Assembly: GCA_027923505.1 (NCBI GenBank)
Contig: BROI01000004.1
Location: forward strand, 620,001 to 684,000
Length of the DNA stretch: 64,000 nucleotides
Origin: Mayamaea pseudoterrestris
Lineage: Eukaryota
Direction: 5' to 3'
In this document: positions 11,628 through 25,600 of the stretch, in pieces
Layout: the number at the start of each line of letters is the position of its first letter
Position numbering within the stretch: the stretch's first letter is position 1
Notes under the pieces: generated by a model
Told to the model about the DNA's origin: nothing
The model's database searches: none
The model's input: only the letters and a program-made list of their open reading frames with translations
Position numbers and translations under genes: made by a program

Positions 11628-12263
11628 GATTGCGGTGGATGGTGATTTTCCCTGGGATGACGACTTGTCAATCCTGTGGCTCACACGGCAGACTACTAGT
11701 GCGGTTCATAGTTGGTTCAGCCAGGAGTATACCGCCATTGCACTTGCCGTTCGTCGCTTGTTTGTCAATGCTTCATCACTCTTTCGCTTCGCAATCGACG
11801 GAGAGGCAGGCGGCACATTCCCGCCTACGAGTGATGCGGTAGGCTTGTCAAAATTTCTCTAGAGTAGGCGCAGTTGCATGTGTGCAGTCTCCCGCGAGCC
11901 GCCATGGTCGTTTTCAAAATGAGAATTGTCGGAGTAAATTGCCGCAACGGAAACTGGATGACGTTGACATGGTTAATACTCACTGGCGTGCGTCGATGAA
12001 ACCAAAAGGATTGCTTACCTATGCAGCTGCAACAGCTCATGAACGCCGACAAGTATTCGCCATTTTGTCACGCCTGCTGTTGCCATCGTCGTTCTTCACA
12101 ACATCCTTCCTAAAGCCAGCCCTGAGATACTTGCTAGTACGATACTCCTTGATCCAGAGATTACGAGACACCAATCGGAGTGAAACAGCGAAAAGGCTGC
12201 GTAAATTGAGGCTATTCTGCAAAACTCTGTACAGCGAACGCGAGCTCGGGTCTTGAGGTGAAG

Positions 12264-14581
12264 ATGCTGCTGCATTTTGGACCTCGACAGCAGCGCTTGA
12301 CTGTATTGTTTTACCTTGTCATTCTCTTGCTTTACGTTGAACTTGCTTCCTGCTCTATTTCAACAAAATTGCTACGAAAGTATGCCTTTTGGCTCCGAGG
12401 AGGAGAGGATTCGGCCCTATCGATCGACAACCCTTCAGAAAATAAGACTTTTGCATCAAAGAACAAGCTATTCAAGTGGGCCAACAAGAACGCTACAACT
12501 CTAGCAAATAAGGATGACCGAGAAGCATCAGTTCGAAAGCGCGAGTTTCTCGATCGGATTGCTCTCATTTCACAAAGTTTGCTAAAGAAGGAAAAGGATG
12601 CTCGCCTTTTGCCGCCTCGAGCCGCAGATCAGTCTAGCAATCGCACCGAATACGACGACCCGAACGCCATTACACCTCAATCTGACTTGACCATTCCGGA
12701 GCGACACATTCACATTGTGACAACTGCAGCCATTCCTTGGTTTACTGGAACATCAATCAATCCACTGCTGCGTGCTGCCTATATGCACCGACAGACGCAA
12801 CAATACTCCAACAAGGAACCGTGGGTCACGCTTGTTGTGCCATGGCTCGAGCTACCAAAGGATCAGCAGACTGTCTACCATAAAGTGTTTGCGAATCAGC
12901 AGGAGCAAGAAGACGAGATCCGAACTTGGCTGCGAGATGAAGCGAACATGGAGGATGCGGCTGATCCCGAGACTGGTTTACAAATCTTGTTTTATCCAGC
13001 AAGATACCACGCGGGTATGGGCTCCGTCTTTGCCATGGGGGATATCATGGCCAATATGGATCCCAAGAAAATGGATGTATGCGTTTTGGAGGAACCGGAG
13101 CACTGCAACTGGTTTCGCTCGCCTGGAGATGGCTGGACGAAGCGATTCACCTATGTGATTGGAATTGTTCATACCAGTAAGTATTTGATGATGAGTCTAG
13201 TGTGCATGTTTGAAAGTAAAAATTTATGTGATGAGTCTATTGTGCATGTTTGGAAGGAATAATTGTTGACACCTCTGCACCTTTCTACCTATCTATAGAT
13301 TACAAGGAATATGCTAGCGGCGAGTACCATGGCATGTGGACGGCACCGGCAATTCAGCTAATGTCGTCTGCCATGGTCCGAGCGTACTGCCACCAAGTCA
13401 TTAAACTCTCGGCAGTCTTGCAAACATATGCCCATGAGAAGGAGGTCACATCAAATGTTCATGGAGTGCGATCAAACTTTTTGGAGGAGGGTAAGCGGCG
13501 TGCCCGTGGCGACGCACTGCCAAGCCAGGACGACGCACAAGGTTGTGTACAAACTTACTTTGTTGCAAAATTATTGTGGGCCAAGGGATTGGATTTAATG
13601 CTCGAGATGGAAGACTACTATCGTCAATGCACTGGCGATTACTTTCCGATCCATATCTATGGCAGTGGTCCTGATGAGAAGGATATTATTCGAGCTTTCC
13701 ACGGCAGACAGAAGAAGAACGAATCGTCACAGGAACATGGACTTGAAACAGCTCTGTCGATGGAAGGAGGCAGCACAAACCTGACGGATTCGGGTAAGCT
13801 TGATGCTGACAGCGTCAACGCAACAACGGATTCGTCCGATGCTGGCAGCTCGAGCTGGCGTTTGACAAAATCGGCCAAGTCGAAATTTAAGACGCTGAAA
13901 CGAAAGGTTGACGAGGTGGATATTCCAAAGAGTCTTGCCGAGTTTCGGAAGAATCCCATTCCAGCGGTCTTTCCTGGGCGAGTCGATCACGGCACATTGA
14001 GAAACTACACAGTTTTTGTGAATCCATCAGTTTCAGAGGTTCTTTGTACGACGACTGCCGAGGCGCTTGCCATGGGCAAGTTTGCGATTATCCCAGTGCA
14101 TCCGTCGAACACCTTCTTTCATAGATTTCCAAATTGCTTACCGTACCGAAACAAGATCGAGTTTGTCGCAAATCTACGTTGGGCCATGACGCACGACCCT
14201 GAGCCACTGACTCCAGAGCTTGCTCGTGAATTCACTTGGGAAGCTGCTACTGAACGTTTTATAGCCGCATCAGCCATAACATGGGAGGAAGCAATGGCGC
14301 GTGAAAAGCTTGGGTGGAATAAAGTTGACGAGCGAATCGCATGGTTTCACAATGAAGCCGGAAAGGGAGTGACGGGTGACATGCTTCGGAAGATGTTTGG
14401 CGCAGGACCAGTTGCAGATCAAGTTAAATACATTCGACAAGCATCCGAAGGAGAGTTCAACGATGAGGATAGCGACGACGATGAGGACGACGACGATGGT
14501 CTCAGTGCCAAGTTTCGTCGGTCATCCTTTGCCCAGGCTCTTCGCGCTTCACTGGATGACATTGGTAGCTTCATCCAATAG
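12264..14581 (+). CDS. DGD1: Digalactosyldiacylglycerol synthase; exons 12264-13176 and 13299-14581
   Basis: IVTTAAIPWFTGTSINPLLRAAY, LEEPEHCNW and EVLCTTTAEALAMGK. Splicing the 13177-13298 intron restores the conserved HTNY motif. Confidence 0.92.
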
Positions 14582-14771
14582 GCATTGCTGCCTCTTGTTG
14601 CAACCTCATGCAGCGTAATCACTGAAAGGCTATTAACTACGACCACTCAAGGCACATAATTCGTATACATGGACTGACCGCTACGCATAATGACTAAACA
14701 CGGCTATTATACTCGTTATCCATCTACTTGTAGCAGTAGATCACAAGTATAGTTAGTACCGAGAGTCATGC

Positions 14772-15791
14772 TCATCTGCGTCGGTTTCTCCGCATGGAAC
14801 CGGGCCGAATCAGCATCGAGTCAATCATCCACGCCGTATCTTCCCCTGCGCCATTGGTCGACAAGATAAAGTTAACGGATACCTTGTCCAACGGACCAGG
14901 ACCAGTTCGAATGCCGGCTGTAAAGAATGCACGCTTGCCGTCGAAACTGTAGTCACCCTTCTCGACAAACGCATCCGTGTGTGTAAACAGCACCTTGTAG
15001 TCGGTCGTCTTTAAATAGGCTGCATACTCTGCTGGTGTGAGTTCCTCCTCCGTCTTGACTTGTGATCCTTCCGAACTAAACCCAAAGAATATTTCGGTAC
15101 CTTTGTTTGGAGTTGGAACATCATTGTTGCGAAAGGCTTCGAGCACGAGTGCAACGACTTCCCCGGCTGTCAAGTCCGAGTCTGTAACGAAAGACAAGCG
15201 CGAGTGAGCCACAAGAGACAAACAATCAAATATGATTTGATTTCACTCACCAGGAACTTTTGTTGGTGGAACATACACTTTGGGTGTATCGTCGGCTTTA
15301 GTGTCGTTTGCATCATCATCATCATCGTCGTCGTCACCTTCATCCTCCTTGACACCCTTGACATACTCCACAAAGCCTCCGGCAGTATCCAGCACACGCT
15401 CCTTCACTTCGCTGTACAGCTTGTCGTCCGTAAAGGTTGCAGCAGGACTATTCTCTTCCTCCTCCTCCTCGGGCGGCATTCCGGTCGCACTCAATCCAAG
15501 CTCGTCGGAACTATCATCGTCGTCGTCCTCCAAATCGTCATCATCATCTTGATCCAGATCCGTTGGTTCCAATGAAATGCCCTTGGACTGCGCCACACGA
15601 AATAGTTCCGCCATTAGATTGGCGCCTTCGGCATCGGGTGCATTGTCTTGTTGGTTGCTGGAGAATAGTATGCAGTGTGATTGCTGCTGCAGTCTCGATG
15701 CAACAAGGTTGGGAAGTATAGGTGCGAAACTAAAGGTAATTCGAATGTTGCACATTAGTGCAAACACAGTCAAGGCAATCGGTCGTTTCAT
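14772..15791 (-). CDS. Uncharacterised plastid-targeted protein; exons 15791-15251 and 15181-14772
   Basis: Signal peptide ending TFS-FAP (ASAFAP-like). A GT-AG intron at 15250-15182 joins the two ORFs in frame. Globular C-terminus NDVPTPNKG...WMIDS. Confidence 0.7.
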
Positions 15792-16644
15792 GGTGTCGAA
15801 CCGAATCATTGGATCGTTTAAAGGTAGCGCTGATCAATATGAACGTTGCGGTGGGCGTGGGCGTTGAAGATGACCGAAGCAATACCTGATAAGCAGCACT
15901 GCACAGAGAGCTGATGCTGCTTGATTCGGTAGTCAAGTCCGCTTCTTGTGTTTTTTAACACTACAAAAGGCAAAGTGGTTCGGTCGAGATCTGCAGCTTG
16001 GAGGTGCATCATTCACAGTCAATGGATCGTGTCGCGGTGCGATTGGATGCGCTCGTGAATTTGCGATAATCGAAATTGTGCTCTTCAGTTCATAGTTATA
16101 GAGCAATGACCGTTCTTGTACAGTTTGTCCTAGTGTCGTTGTGTTTTGACACTTTATTCTGTCTAGGGGGCTCGGTTTATGGTTGTGGTTGTGTTTGTGT
16201 TTGAATAGACTACTCTTTCGATAACAGTTTGTATTGAATGTACTGAATGTAGATGTAGAAGTACAGAAGCACTAAAACTGATTACATTGCTGCAAGTGTA
16301 TGTATGTAGGAGTAAGCAACCCTTGCGCTAGGGTATTGAAAAGGTGGTAATTCTCTAACAAAACATGCAAAGTAGTGTGAATAAATATGCAAACTTGGCC
16401 AAACGTTTGACTTCCCAGATGGCAAGTGGCACATTAAGTAGCTGTGCATAGGCATAAACAGGTAGCAGAATGGCTCAAGGAATGTGAAGGAAAAACTTGC
16501 AACAAGCATGTAGAGACAATTGTAGGAGGCAACAAAAAAGTTGTGCAAAAGGCTTGCTAGGAGGTGTAGTGGCCGGCAAGATACTACATAGATTTGTTGC
16601 CAAAAAGCATAATTTTCAGCAATTTAATCCCAGACAATGTCCAT

Positions 16645-19600
16645 GACCAGAGAATACTTGCAACATCCTTATTTCAGGTGCGCTACAGAATGCATTGCCT
16701 GGCAGGTCACTGTCTTCAGTCTCAACCAGCAACTGCCATGCCTTTCAAAGGCCCACACCTAGAGCCGTGTGCATGCTCAATTTAAGCCAGAATGGTGCTA
16801 ACATTTTTTTCAGGTGCGCTACAAGATGCCTTGCCTGGCTGTTCCCTTGGTAGAATGCAATGGGATTGGTGATAACTTGTCACCAGTCTCAGCCAGCAGC
16901 TGCCATGCCTTCCAAACACCCATACCTAGAGCCATGTGCATGCCCAAATCAAGCCAGAATGGTGCTAACATCCTTATTTTAGATGCGCTACAAGGTGCCT
17001 TGCCTGGCTGGTCCCTTACTGCAATGGGATTGGTGACAACTAGTCACCAGTCTCAGCCAGCAGATGCCATGCATTTCAACCATCCATACCTTATGCCATG
17101 TGTATGCCCAAATCAAGTTAGAACACTGCAAACCTTTTTATTTCACGTGCGCTACAAGATGCCTTGCCTGGCTAGTCCAGGGGTAGACTGCATTGGAAAT
17201 GGTGATAACTTGTCACCAGTCTCAGCCAGCAGCTGCCATGCCTTTCAAACGCCTATACCTAGAGCCTTGTGTGCATGCCCAAATCAAGCCAGCAAGGTGC
17301 TTACATCCTTAATTTACTGTAAGGTGCACTGCAAGATGCATTGCCTGGCTAGTTCTTTCATAGACTGCAATGCGATAGGTGACAACAAGTCACCAGTCTC
17401 ATTCAGCAGCTGTCATGTCTTTTAAATGCCCTACTTAGAGCCATGAGAATGCCCCAATTAAATCAGAATGGTGCTAGCATCCTTATTTTGGGTGCGCAAC
17501 AAGATGCCTTGCTTGGCTGGTCCCTTGGTAGACTGCAATGGGATTGGTGATAACTTGTCACCAGTCTCAGCCAGCGTCTGCAATGCCTTTCGAACACCCA
17601 TACCTAGAGCCATGTGCATGCCCAAATCAAGCCAGAATGGTGCTAACATCCTTATTTCAGGTGCGCTACAAGATGCCTTGCCTGGCTGGTCCTTTGGTAG
17701 ACTGCTTTGAGCTTGGTGACACCTTGTCACCAGTCTCAGCCAGCAGCTGCCATGCCTTTCAAACGCCTATACCTAGAGCCATGTGCATGCCCCAATCAAG
17801 CCAGAATGGTGCTAACATCCTTATTTCAGGTGCGCTACAAGATGCCTTGCCTGGCTGGTCCTTTGGTAGACTGCATTGGGATTGGTGATAACTTGTCACC
17901 AGTCTCAGCCAGCTTCTGCCATGCCTTTCAAACACCCAGATCTAGATCCATATGCATGCCCAAACCAAGCCAGAATGCTGCAAACATCCTTATTTTAGTT
18001 GCGCTATAAGATGCATTGCCTGGATTGTCTCTTGGTAGACTGCATTGGAATTGGTGACAACTTGTCACCAGTCTCAGCCAGCAGCTGCTATGCCTTTCGA
18101 ACACCCATACCTAGAGCCATGTGCATGCTCGAATCAAGCCAGAATGGTGCTAACATCCTTATTTCAGGTGCGCTACAAGATGCCTTGCCTGGCTGGTCCT
18201 TTGGTAGACTGCTTTGAGCTTGGAGACAACTTGTCACCAGTCTCAGCCAGCAGCTGCCATGCCTTTCAAACGCCTATACCTAGAGCCTTGTGCATGCCCC
18301 AATCAAGCCAGAATGGTGCTAACATCCTTATTTCAGGTGCGCTACAAGATGCCTTGCCTGGCTGGTCCTTTGGTAGACTGCTTTGAGCTTGGTGACAACT
18401 TGTCACCAGTCTCAGCCAGCAGCTGCCATGCCTTTCAAACGCCTATACCTAGAGCCATGTGCATGCCCCAATCAAGCCAGAATGGTGCTAACATCCTTAT
18501 TTCAGGTGCGCTACAAGATGCCTTGCCTGGCTGGTCCTTTGGTAGACTGCATTGGGATTGGTGATAACTTGTCACCAGTCTCAGCCAGCAGCTGCCATGC
18601 CTTTCAAACACCCAGATCTAGATCCATATGCATGCCCAAACCAAGCCAGAATGCTGCAAACATCCTTATTTTAGTTGCGCTATAAGATGCATTGCCTGGA
18701 TGGTCTCTTGGTAGACTGCATTGGGATTGGTGACAACTTGTCACCAGTCTCAGCCAGCAGCTGCTATGCCTTTCGAACACCCATACCTAGAGCCATGTGC
18801 ATGCCCAAATCAAGCCAGAATGGTGCTAACATCCTTATTTCAGGTGCGCTACAAGATGCCTTGCCTGGCTAATCCTTTGGTAGACTGCTATGAGCTTGGT
18901 GACAACTTGTCACCAGTCTCAGCCAGCAGCTGCCATGCCTTTCAAACGCCTATACCTAGAGCCATGTGCATGCCCCAATCAAGCCAGAATGGTGCTAACA
19001 TCCTTATTTCAGGTGCGCTACAAGATGCCTTGCCTGGCTGGTCCTTTGGTAGACTGCATTGGGATTGGTGATAACTTGTCACCAGTCTCAGCCAGCTTCT
19101 GCCATGCCTTTCAAACGCCTATACCTAGAGCCATGTGCATGCCCCAATCAAGCCAGAATGGTGCTAACATCCTTATTTCAGGTGCGCTACAAGATGCCTT
19201 GCCTGGCTGGTCCTTTGGTAGACTGCATTGGGATTGGTGATAACTTGTCACCAGTCTCAGCCAGCTTCTGCCATGCCTTTCAAACACCCAGATCTAGATC
19301 CATATGCATGCCCAAACCAAGCCAGAATGCTGCAAACATCCTTATTTTAGTTGCGCTACAAGATGCATTGCCTGGATGGTCTCTTGGTAGATGGCATTGG
19401 GATTGGTGACAACTTGTCACCAGTCTCAGCCAGCAGCTGCTATGCCTTTCAAACACCCATACCTAGAGCCATGTGCATGCCCAAATCAAGCCAGAATGCT
19501 GCAAACATCCTTATTTTAGTTGCGCTACAAGATGCATTGCCTGGATTGTCTCTTGGTAGACTGCATTGGAATTGGTGACAACTTGTCACCAGTCTCAGCC

Positions 19601-22600
19601 AGCAGCTGCCATGCCTTTCGAACACCCATACCTAGAGCCATGTGCATGCCCAAATCAAGCCAGAATGGTGCTAACATCCTTATTTCAGGTGCGCTACAAG
19701 ATGCCTTGCCTGGCTGGTCCTTTGGTAGACTGCTTTGAGCTTGGTGACAACTTGTCACCAGTCTCAGCCAGCAGCTGCCATGCCTTTCAAACGCCTATAC
19801 CTAGAGCTATGTGCATGCCCAAATCAAGCCAGAATGGTGCTAACATCCTTATTTCAGGTGCGCTACAAGATGCCTTGCCTGGCTGGTCCTTTGGTAGACT
19901 GCATTGGGATTGGTGATAACTTGTCACCAGTCTCAGCCAGCTTCTGCCATGCCTTTCAAACACCCAGATCTAGATCCATATGCATGCCCAAACCAAGCCA
20001 GAATGGTGCTAACATCCTTATTTTAGTTGCGCTATAAGATGCATTGCCTGGATGGTCTCTTGGTAGACTGCATTGGGATTGCAACAACTTGTCACCAGTA
20101 TCAGCCAGCAGCTGCTATGCCTTTCAAACACCCAGAGCCATGTGCATGCCCAAATCAAGCCAGAATGGTGCTAACATCCTTATTTCAAGTGCGCTACAAG
20201 ATGCCTTGCCTGGCTAGTCCTTTGGTAGACTGCTATGAGCTTGGTGACAACTTGTCACCAGTCTCAGCCAGCAGCTGCCATGCCTTTCAAACGCCTATAC
20301 CTAGAGCCATGTGCATGCCCAAATCAAGCCAGAATGGTGCTAACATCCTTATTTCAGGTGCGCTACAAGATGCCTTGCCTGGCTGGTCCCATGGTAGACT
20401 GCAATGGGATTGGTGACAACTTGTCACCAGTCTCAGCCAGCAGCTGCCATGTCTTTCAAATGCCCTACTTAGAGCAATGAGAATGCCCCAATTAAATCAG
20501 AATGGTGCTATCATTCTTATTTTGGGTACGCAACAAGATGCCTTGCTTGGCTGGTCCCTTGGTAGACTGCAATGGGATTGGTGATAACTTGTCACCAGTC
20601 TCAGCCAGCTTCTGCCATGCCTTTCAAACACCCAGATCTAGATCCATATGCATGCCCAAACCAAGCCAGAATGCTGCAAACATCCTTATTTTAGTTGCGC
20701 TACAAGATGCATCGCCTGGATGGTCTCTTGGTAGACTGCATTGGGATTGGTGACAACTTGTCACCAGTCTCAGCCAGCAACTGCTATGCCTTTCAAACAC
20801 CCATACCTAGAGCCATGTGCATGCCCAAATCAAGCCAGAATGGTGCTAACATCCTTATTTCAAGTGCGCTACAAGATGCCTTGCCTGGCTAATCCTTTGG
20901 TAGACTGCTATGAGCTTGGTGACAACTTGTCACCAGTCTTGCCTTGCCTGGCTAGTCCAGGGGTAGACTGCATTGGAAATGGTGATAACTTGTCACCAGT
21001 CTCAGCCAGCAGCTGCCATGCCTTTCAAACGCCTATACCTAGAGCTATGTGTGCATGCCCAAATCAAGCCAGCAAGGTGCTTACATCCTTAATTTACCGT
21101 AAGGTGCACTGCAAGATGCATTGCCTGGCTAGTTCTTTCATAGACTGCAATGCGATAGGTGACAACAAGTAACCAGTCTCAGCTAGCAGCTGCCATGTCT
21201 TTCAAATGCCCTACTTAGAGCCATGAGAATGCCCCAATTAAATCAGAATGGTGCTAGCATCCTTATTTTGGGTGCGCAACAAGATGCCTTGCCTGGCCGG
21301 TCCTTGTTAGACTGCAATGGAAATGGTGATAACTTGTCACCAGTCTCAGCCAGCAGTTGGCATGCCTTTCAAGAGTCCATACTCAGATCCATGTGTATGC
21401 CCAATTCAAGCCAGAATGGTGCTAACATCCTTATTTCAGGTGCGCTACAAGATGCCTTGCCTGGCTGGTCCGATGGTAGACTGCAATGGGATTGGTGACA
21501 ACTTGTCACCAGTCTCAGCCAGCAGCTGCTATGCCTTTCATATACCCATTCCTAGAGCCATGTGCATGCCCAAATCGAATGTGCTAACATCCTTATTTCA
21601 GGTGCGCTACAAGATGCCTTGCCTGGCTGGTCCCATGGTAGACTGCAATGGGATTGGTGACAACTTGTCACCAGTCTCAGCCAGCAGCTGCCATGTCTTT
21701 CAAATGCCCTACTTAAAGCCATGAGAATGCCCCAATTAAATCAGAATGGTGCTATCATTCTTATTTTGGGTACGCAACAAGATGCCTTGCTTGGCTGGTC
21801 CCTTGGTAGACTGCAATGGGATTGGTGATAACTTGTCACCAGTCTCAGCCAGCAGCTGCCATGTCTTTCAAATGCCCAGATCTAGATCCATGTGTATGCC
21901 CAAACCAAGCCAGAATGCTGCAAACATCCTTATTTTAGTTGCGCTACAAGATGCATTGCCTGGATGGTCTCTTGGTAGACTGCATTGGGATTGCAACAAC
22001 TTGTCACCAGTATCAGCCAGCAGCTGCTATGCCTTTCAAACACCCATACCTAGAGCCATGTGCATGCCCAAATCAAGCCAGAATGGTGCTAACATCCTTA
22101 TTTCAAGTGCGCTACAACATGCCTTGCCTGGATGGTCTCTTGGTAGACTGCATTGGGATTGGTGACAACTTGTCACCAGTCTCAGCCAGCAGCTGCTATG
22201 CCTTTCGAACACCCATACCTAGAGCTATGTGCATGCCCAAATCAAGCCAGAATGGTGCTAACATCCTTTTTTCAGGTGCGCTACAAGATGCCTTGCCTGG
22301 CCAGTATAACAAGATTGCAATGGAAATGGTGATAACTTGTCACCAGTCTCAGCCAGCAGTTGCCATGCCTTTCAAGAGTCCATACTTAGATCCATGTGTA
22401 TGCCCAATTCAAGCCAGAATGGTGCTAACATCCTTATTTCAGGTGCGCTACAAGATGCCTTGCCTGGCTGGTCCGATGGTAGACTGCAATGGGATTGGTG
22501 ACAACTAGTCACCAGTCTCAGCCAGCAGCTGCTATGCCTTTCAAACATCCATTCCTAGAGCCATGTGCATGCCCAAATCGAACGTGCTAACATCCTTATT

Positions 22601-25600
22601 TCAGGTGCGCTACAAGATGCATTGCCTGGATGGTCTCTTGGTAGACTGCATTGGGTTTGGAGACAACTTGTCACCAGTCTCAGCCAGCAGCTGCCATGCC
22701 TTTCAAATGCCCATACCTTGAGCCATGTGCATGCTCAATTTTAGCCAGAATGGTGCTAACATCTTTTTTTCAGGTGCGCTACAAGATGCCTTGCCTAGCT
22801 GGTCCCATGGTAGACTGCAATGGGATTGGTGACAACTTGTCACCAGTCTCAGCCAGCAGCTGCCATGTCTTTCAAATGCCCTACTTAAAGCCATGAGAAT
22901 GCCCCAATTAAATCAGAATGGTGCTATCATTCTTATTTTGGGTACGCAACAAGATGCCTTGCTTGGCTGGTCCCTTGGTAGACTGCAATGGAAATGGTGA
23001 TAACTTGTCACCAGTCTCAGCCAGCAGCTGCCATGTCTTTCAAACACCCATACCTAGAGCCATGTGTTTGCCCAAATCAAGCCAGAATGGTGCCAACATC
23101 CATATCTCAGGTGCGCTATAAGATGCATTGCCTGGATGGTCTCTTGGTAGACTGCATTAAAATTGGTGACAACTTGTCACCAGTCTCAGCCAGCAGCTGC
23201 CATGCCTTTCAAACGCCCATACCTAGAGCCATGTGTTTGCCCAAATCAAGCCAGAATGGTGCCAACATCTTTTTTTCAGGTGCGCTATAAGATGCATTGC
23301 CTGGCTGCTCTCTTGGTAGAATGCCATTGGATTGGTGATAACTTGTCACCAGTCTCAGCCAGCAGCTGCCATGTCTTTCAAACGCCCATACCTAGAGCCA
23401 TGTGCATGCCCAAATCAAGCCAGAATGGTGCGAACATCCTTATTTCAAGTGCGCTACAAGATGCCTTGCCTGGATGGTCCCATGGTAGACTGTAATGAGC
23501 TTGGTGACAACTTGTCACCAGTCTCAGCCAGCAGCTGCCATGCCTTTCAAGCGCCTATACCTAGAGCCATGTGCATGCCCAAATCAAGCCAGAATGGTGC
23601 AAACATCCTTATTTCAGGTGCGCTACAAGATGCTCTGCCTGGTTGGTCCCATGGTAGACTGCAATGGGATCGGTGACAACTTGTCACCAGTCTCAGCCAG
23701 CAGCTGCCATGTCTTTCAAATGCCCTACTTAGAGCCATGAGAATGCCCCAATTAAATCAGAATGGTGCTATCATTCTTATTTTGGGTACGCAACAAGATG
23801 CCTTGCTTGGATGGTCCCTTGGTAGACTGCAATGGGATTGGTGACAACTTGTCACCAGTCTCAGCCAGCAGCTGCTATGCCTTTCATATACCCATTCCTA
23901 GAGCTATGTGCATGCCCAAATCGAATGTGCTAACATCCTTATTTCAAGTGCGCGACAAGATGCCTTGCCTGGCTAGTCCTTTGGTAGACTGCATTGGGAT
24001 TGGTGACAACTTGTCACCAGTCTCAGCCAGCAGCTGCTATGCCTTTCGAACACCCATACCTAGAGCTATGTGCATGCCCAAATCAAGCCAGAATGGTGCT
24101 AACATCCTTTTTTCAGGTGCGCTACAAGATGCCTTGCCTGGCCGGTCCTTGTTAGACTGCAATGGAAATGGTGATAACTTGTCACCAGTCTCAGCCAGCA
24201 GTTGCCATGCCTTTCAAGAGTCCATACTCAGATCCATGTGTATGCCCAAGTCAAGCCAGAATGGTGCTAACATCCTTATTTCAGGTGCGCTACAAGATGC
24301 CTTGCCTGACTGGTCCTTTGGTAGACTGCAATGAGCTTAGTGACAACTTGTCACCAGTCTCAGCCAGCAGCTGCCATGCCTTTCAAACACCCAGATCTAG
24401 ATCCATATGTATGCCCAAACCAAGCCAGAATGCTGCAAACATCCTTATTTTAGGTGCGCTACAAGATGCATTGCCTGGATGGTCTCTTGGTAGACTGCAT
24501 TGGGATTGGTGACAACTTGTCACCAGTCTCAGCCAGCAGCTGCTATGCCTTTCGAACACCCATACCTAGAGCTATGTGCATGCCCAAATCAAGCCAGAAT
24601 GGTGCTAACATCCTTATTTCAGGTGCGCTACAAGATGCCTTGCCTGGCCGGTCCTTGTTAGACTGCAATGGAAATGGTGATAACTTGTCACCAGTCTCAG
24701 CCAGCAGTTGCCATGCCTTTCAAGAGTCCATACTTAGATCCATGTGTATGCCCAATTCAAGCCAGAATGTTGCTAACATCCTTATTTCAGGTGCATTACA
24801 AGATGCCTTGCCTGGCTGGTCCGATGGTAGACTGCAATGGGATTGGTGACAACTAGTCACCAGTCTCAGCCAGCAGCTGGAATGCCTTTCAAACACCCAT
24901 TCCTAGAGCCATGTGCATGAACAAATTGAACGTGCTAACATCCTTATTTCAGGTGCGCTACAAGATGCCTTGCCTGGCTGGTCCCATGGTAGACTGCAAT
25001 GGGATTGGTGACAACTTGTCACCAGTCTCAGCCAGCAGCTGCTATGCCTTTCAAACACCCATTCCTAGAGCCATGTGCATGCCCAAATCAAGCCAGAATG
25101 GTGCTAACATCCTTATTTCAGGTGCGCTACAAGATGCCTTGCCTGGCTGGTCCCATGGTAGACTGCAATGGGATTGGTGACAACTTGTCACCAGTCTCAG
25201 CCAGCAGCTGCCATGCCTTTCAAGAGTCCATACCTAGATCCATGTGTATGCCCAAACCAAGCCAGAATGCTGCAAACATCCTTATTTCAGGTGCGCTACA
25301 AGATGCCTTGCCTGGCTGGTCCTTTGGTAACCTGCAATGAGCTTAGTGACAACTTGTCACCAGTCTCAGCCAGCAGCTGCCATGCCTTTCAAACACCCAT
25401 ATCTAAATCCATGTGTATGCCCAAACCGAGCCAGAATGCTGCAAACATCCTTATTTTAGGTGCGCTACAAGATGCATTGCCTGGATGGTCTCTTGGTAGA
25501 CTGCATTGGGTTTGGTGACAACTTGTCACCAGTCTCAGCCAGCAGCTGCTATGCCTTTCGAACACCCATACCTAGAGCTATGTGCATGCCCAAATCAAGC

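Noticed and set aside
1068..15791. Functional cluster of plastid-targeted genes
   Set aside because: Functions are unrelated and such genes are common in diatoms; enrichment cannot be shown from one window.
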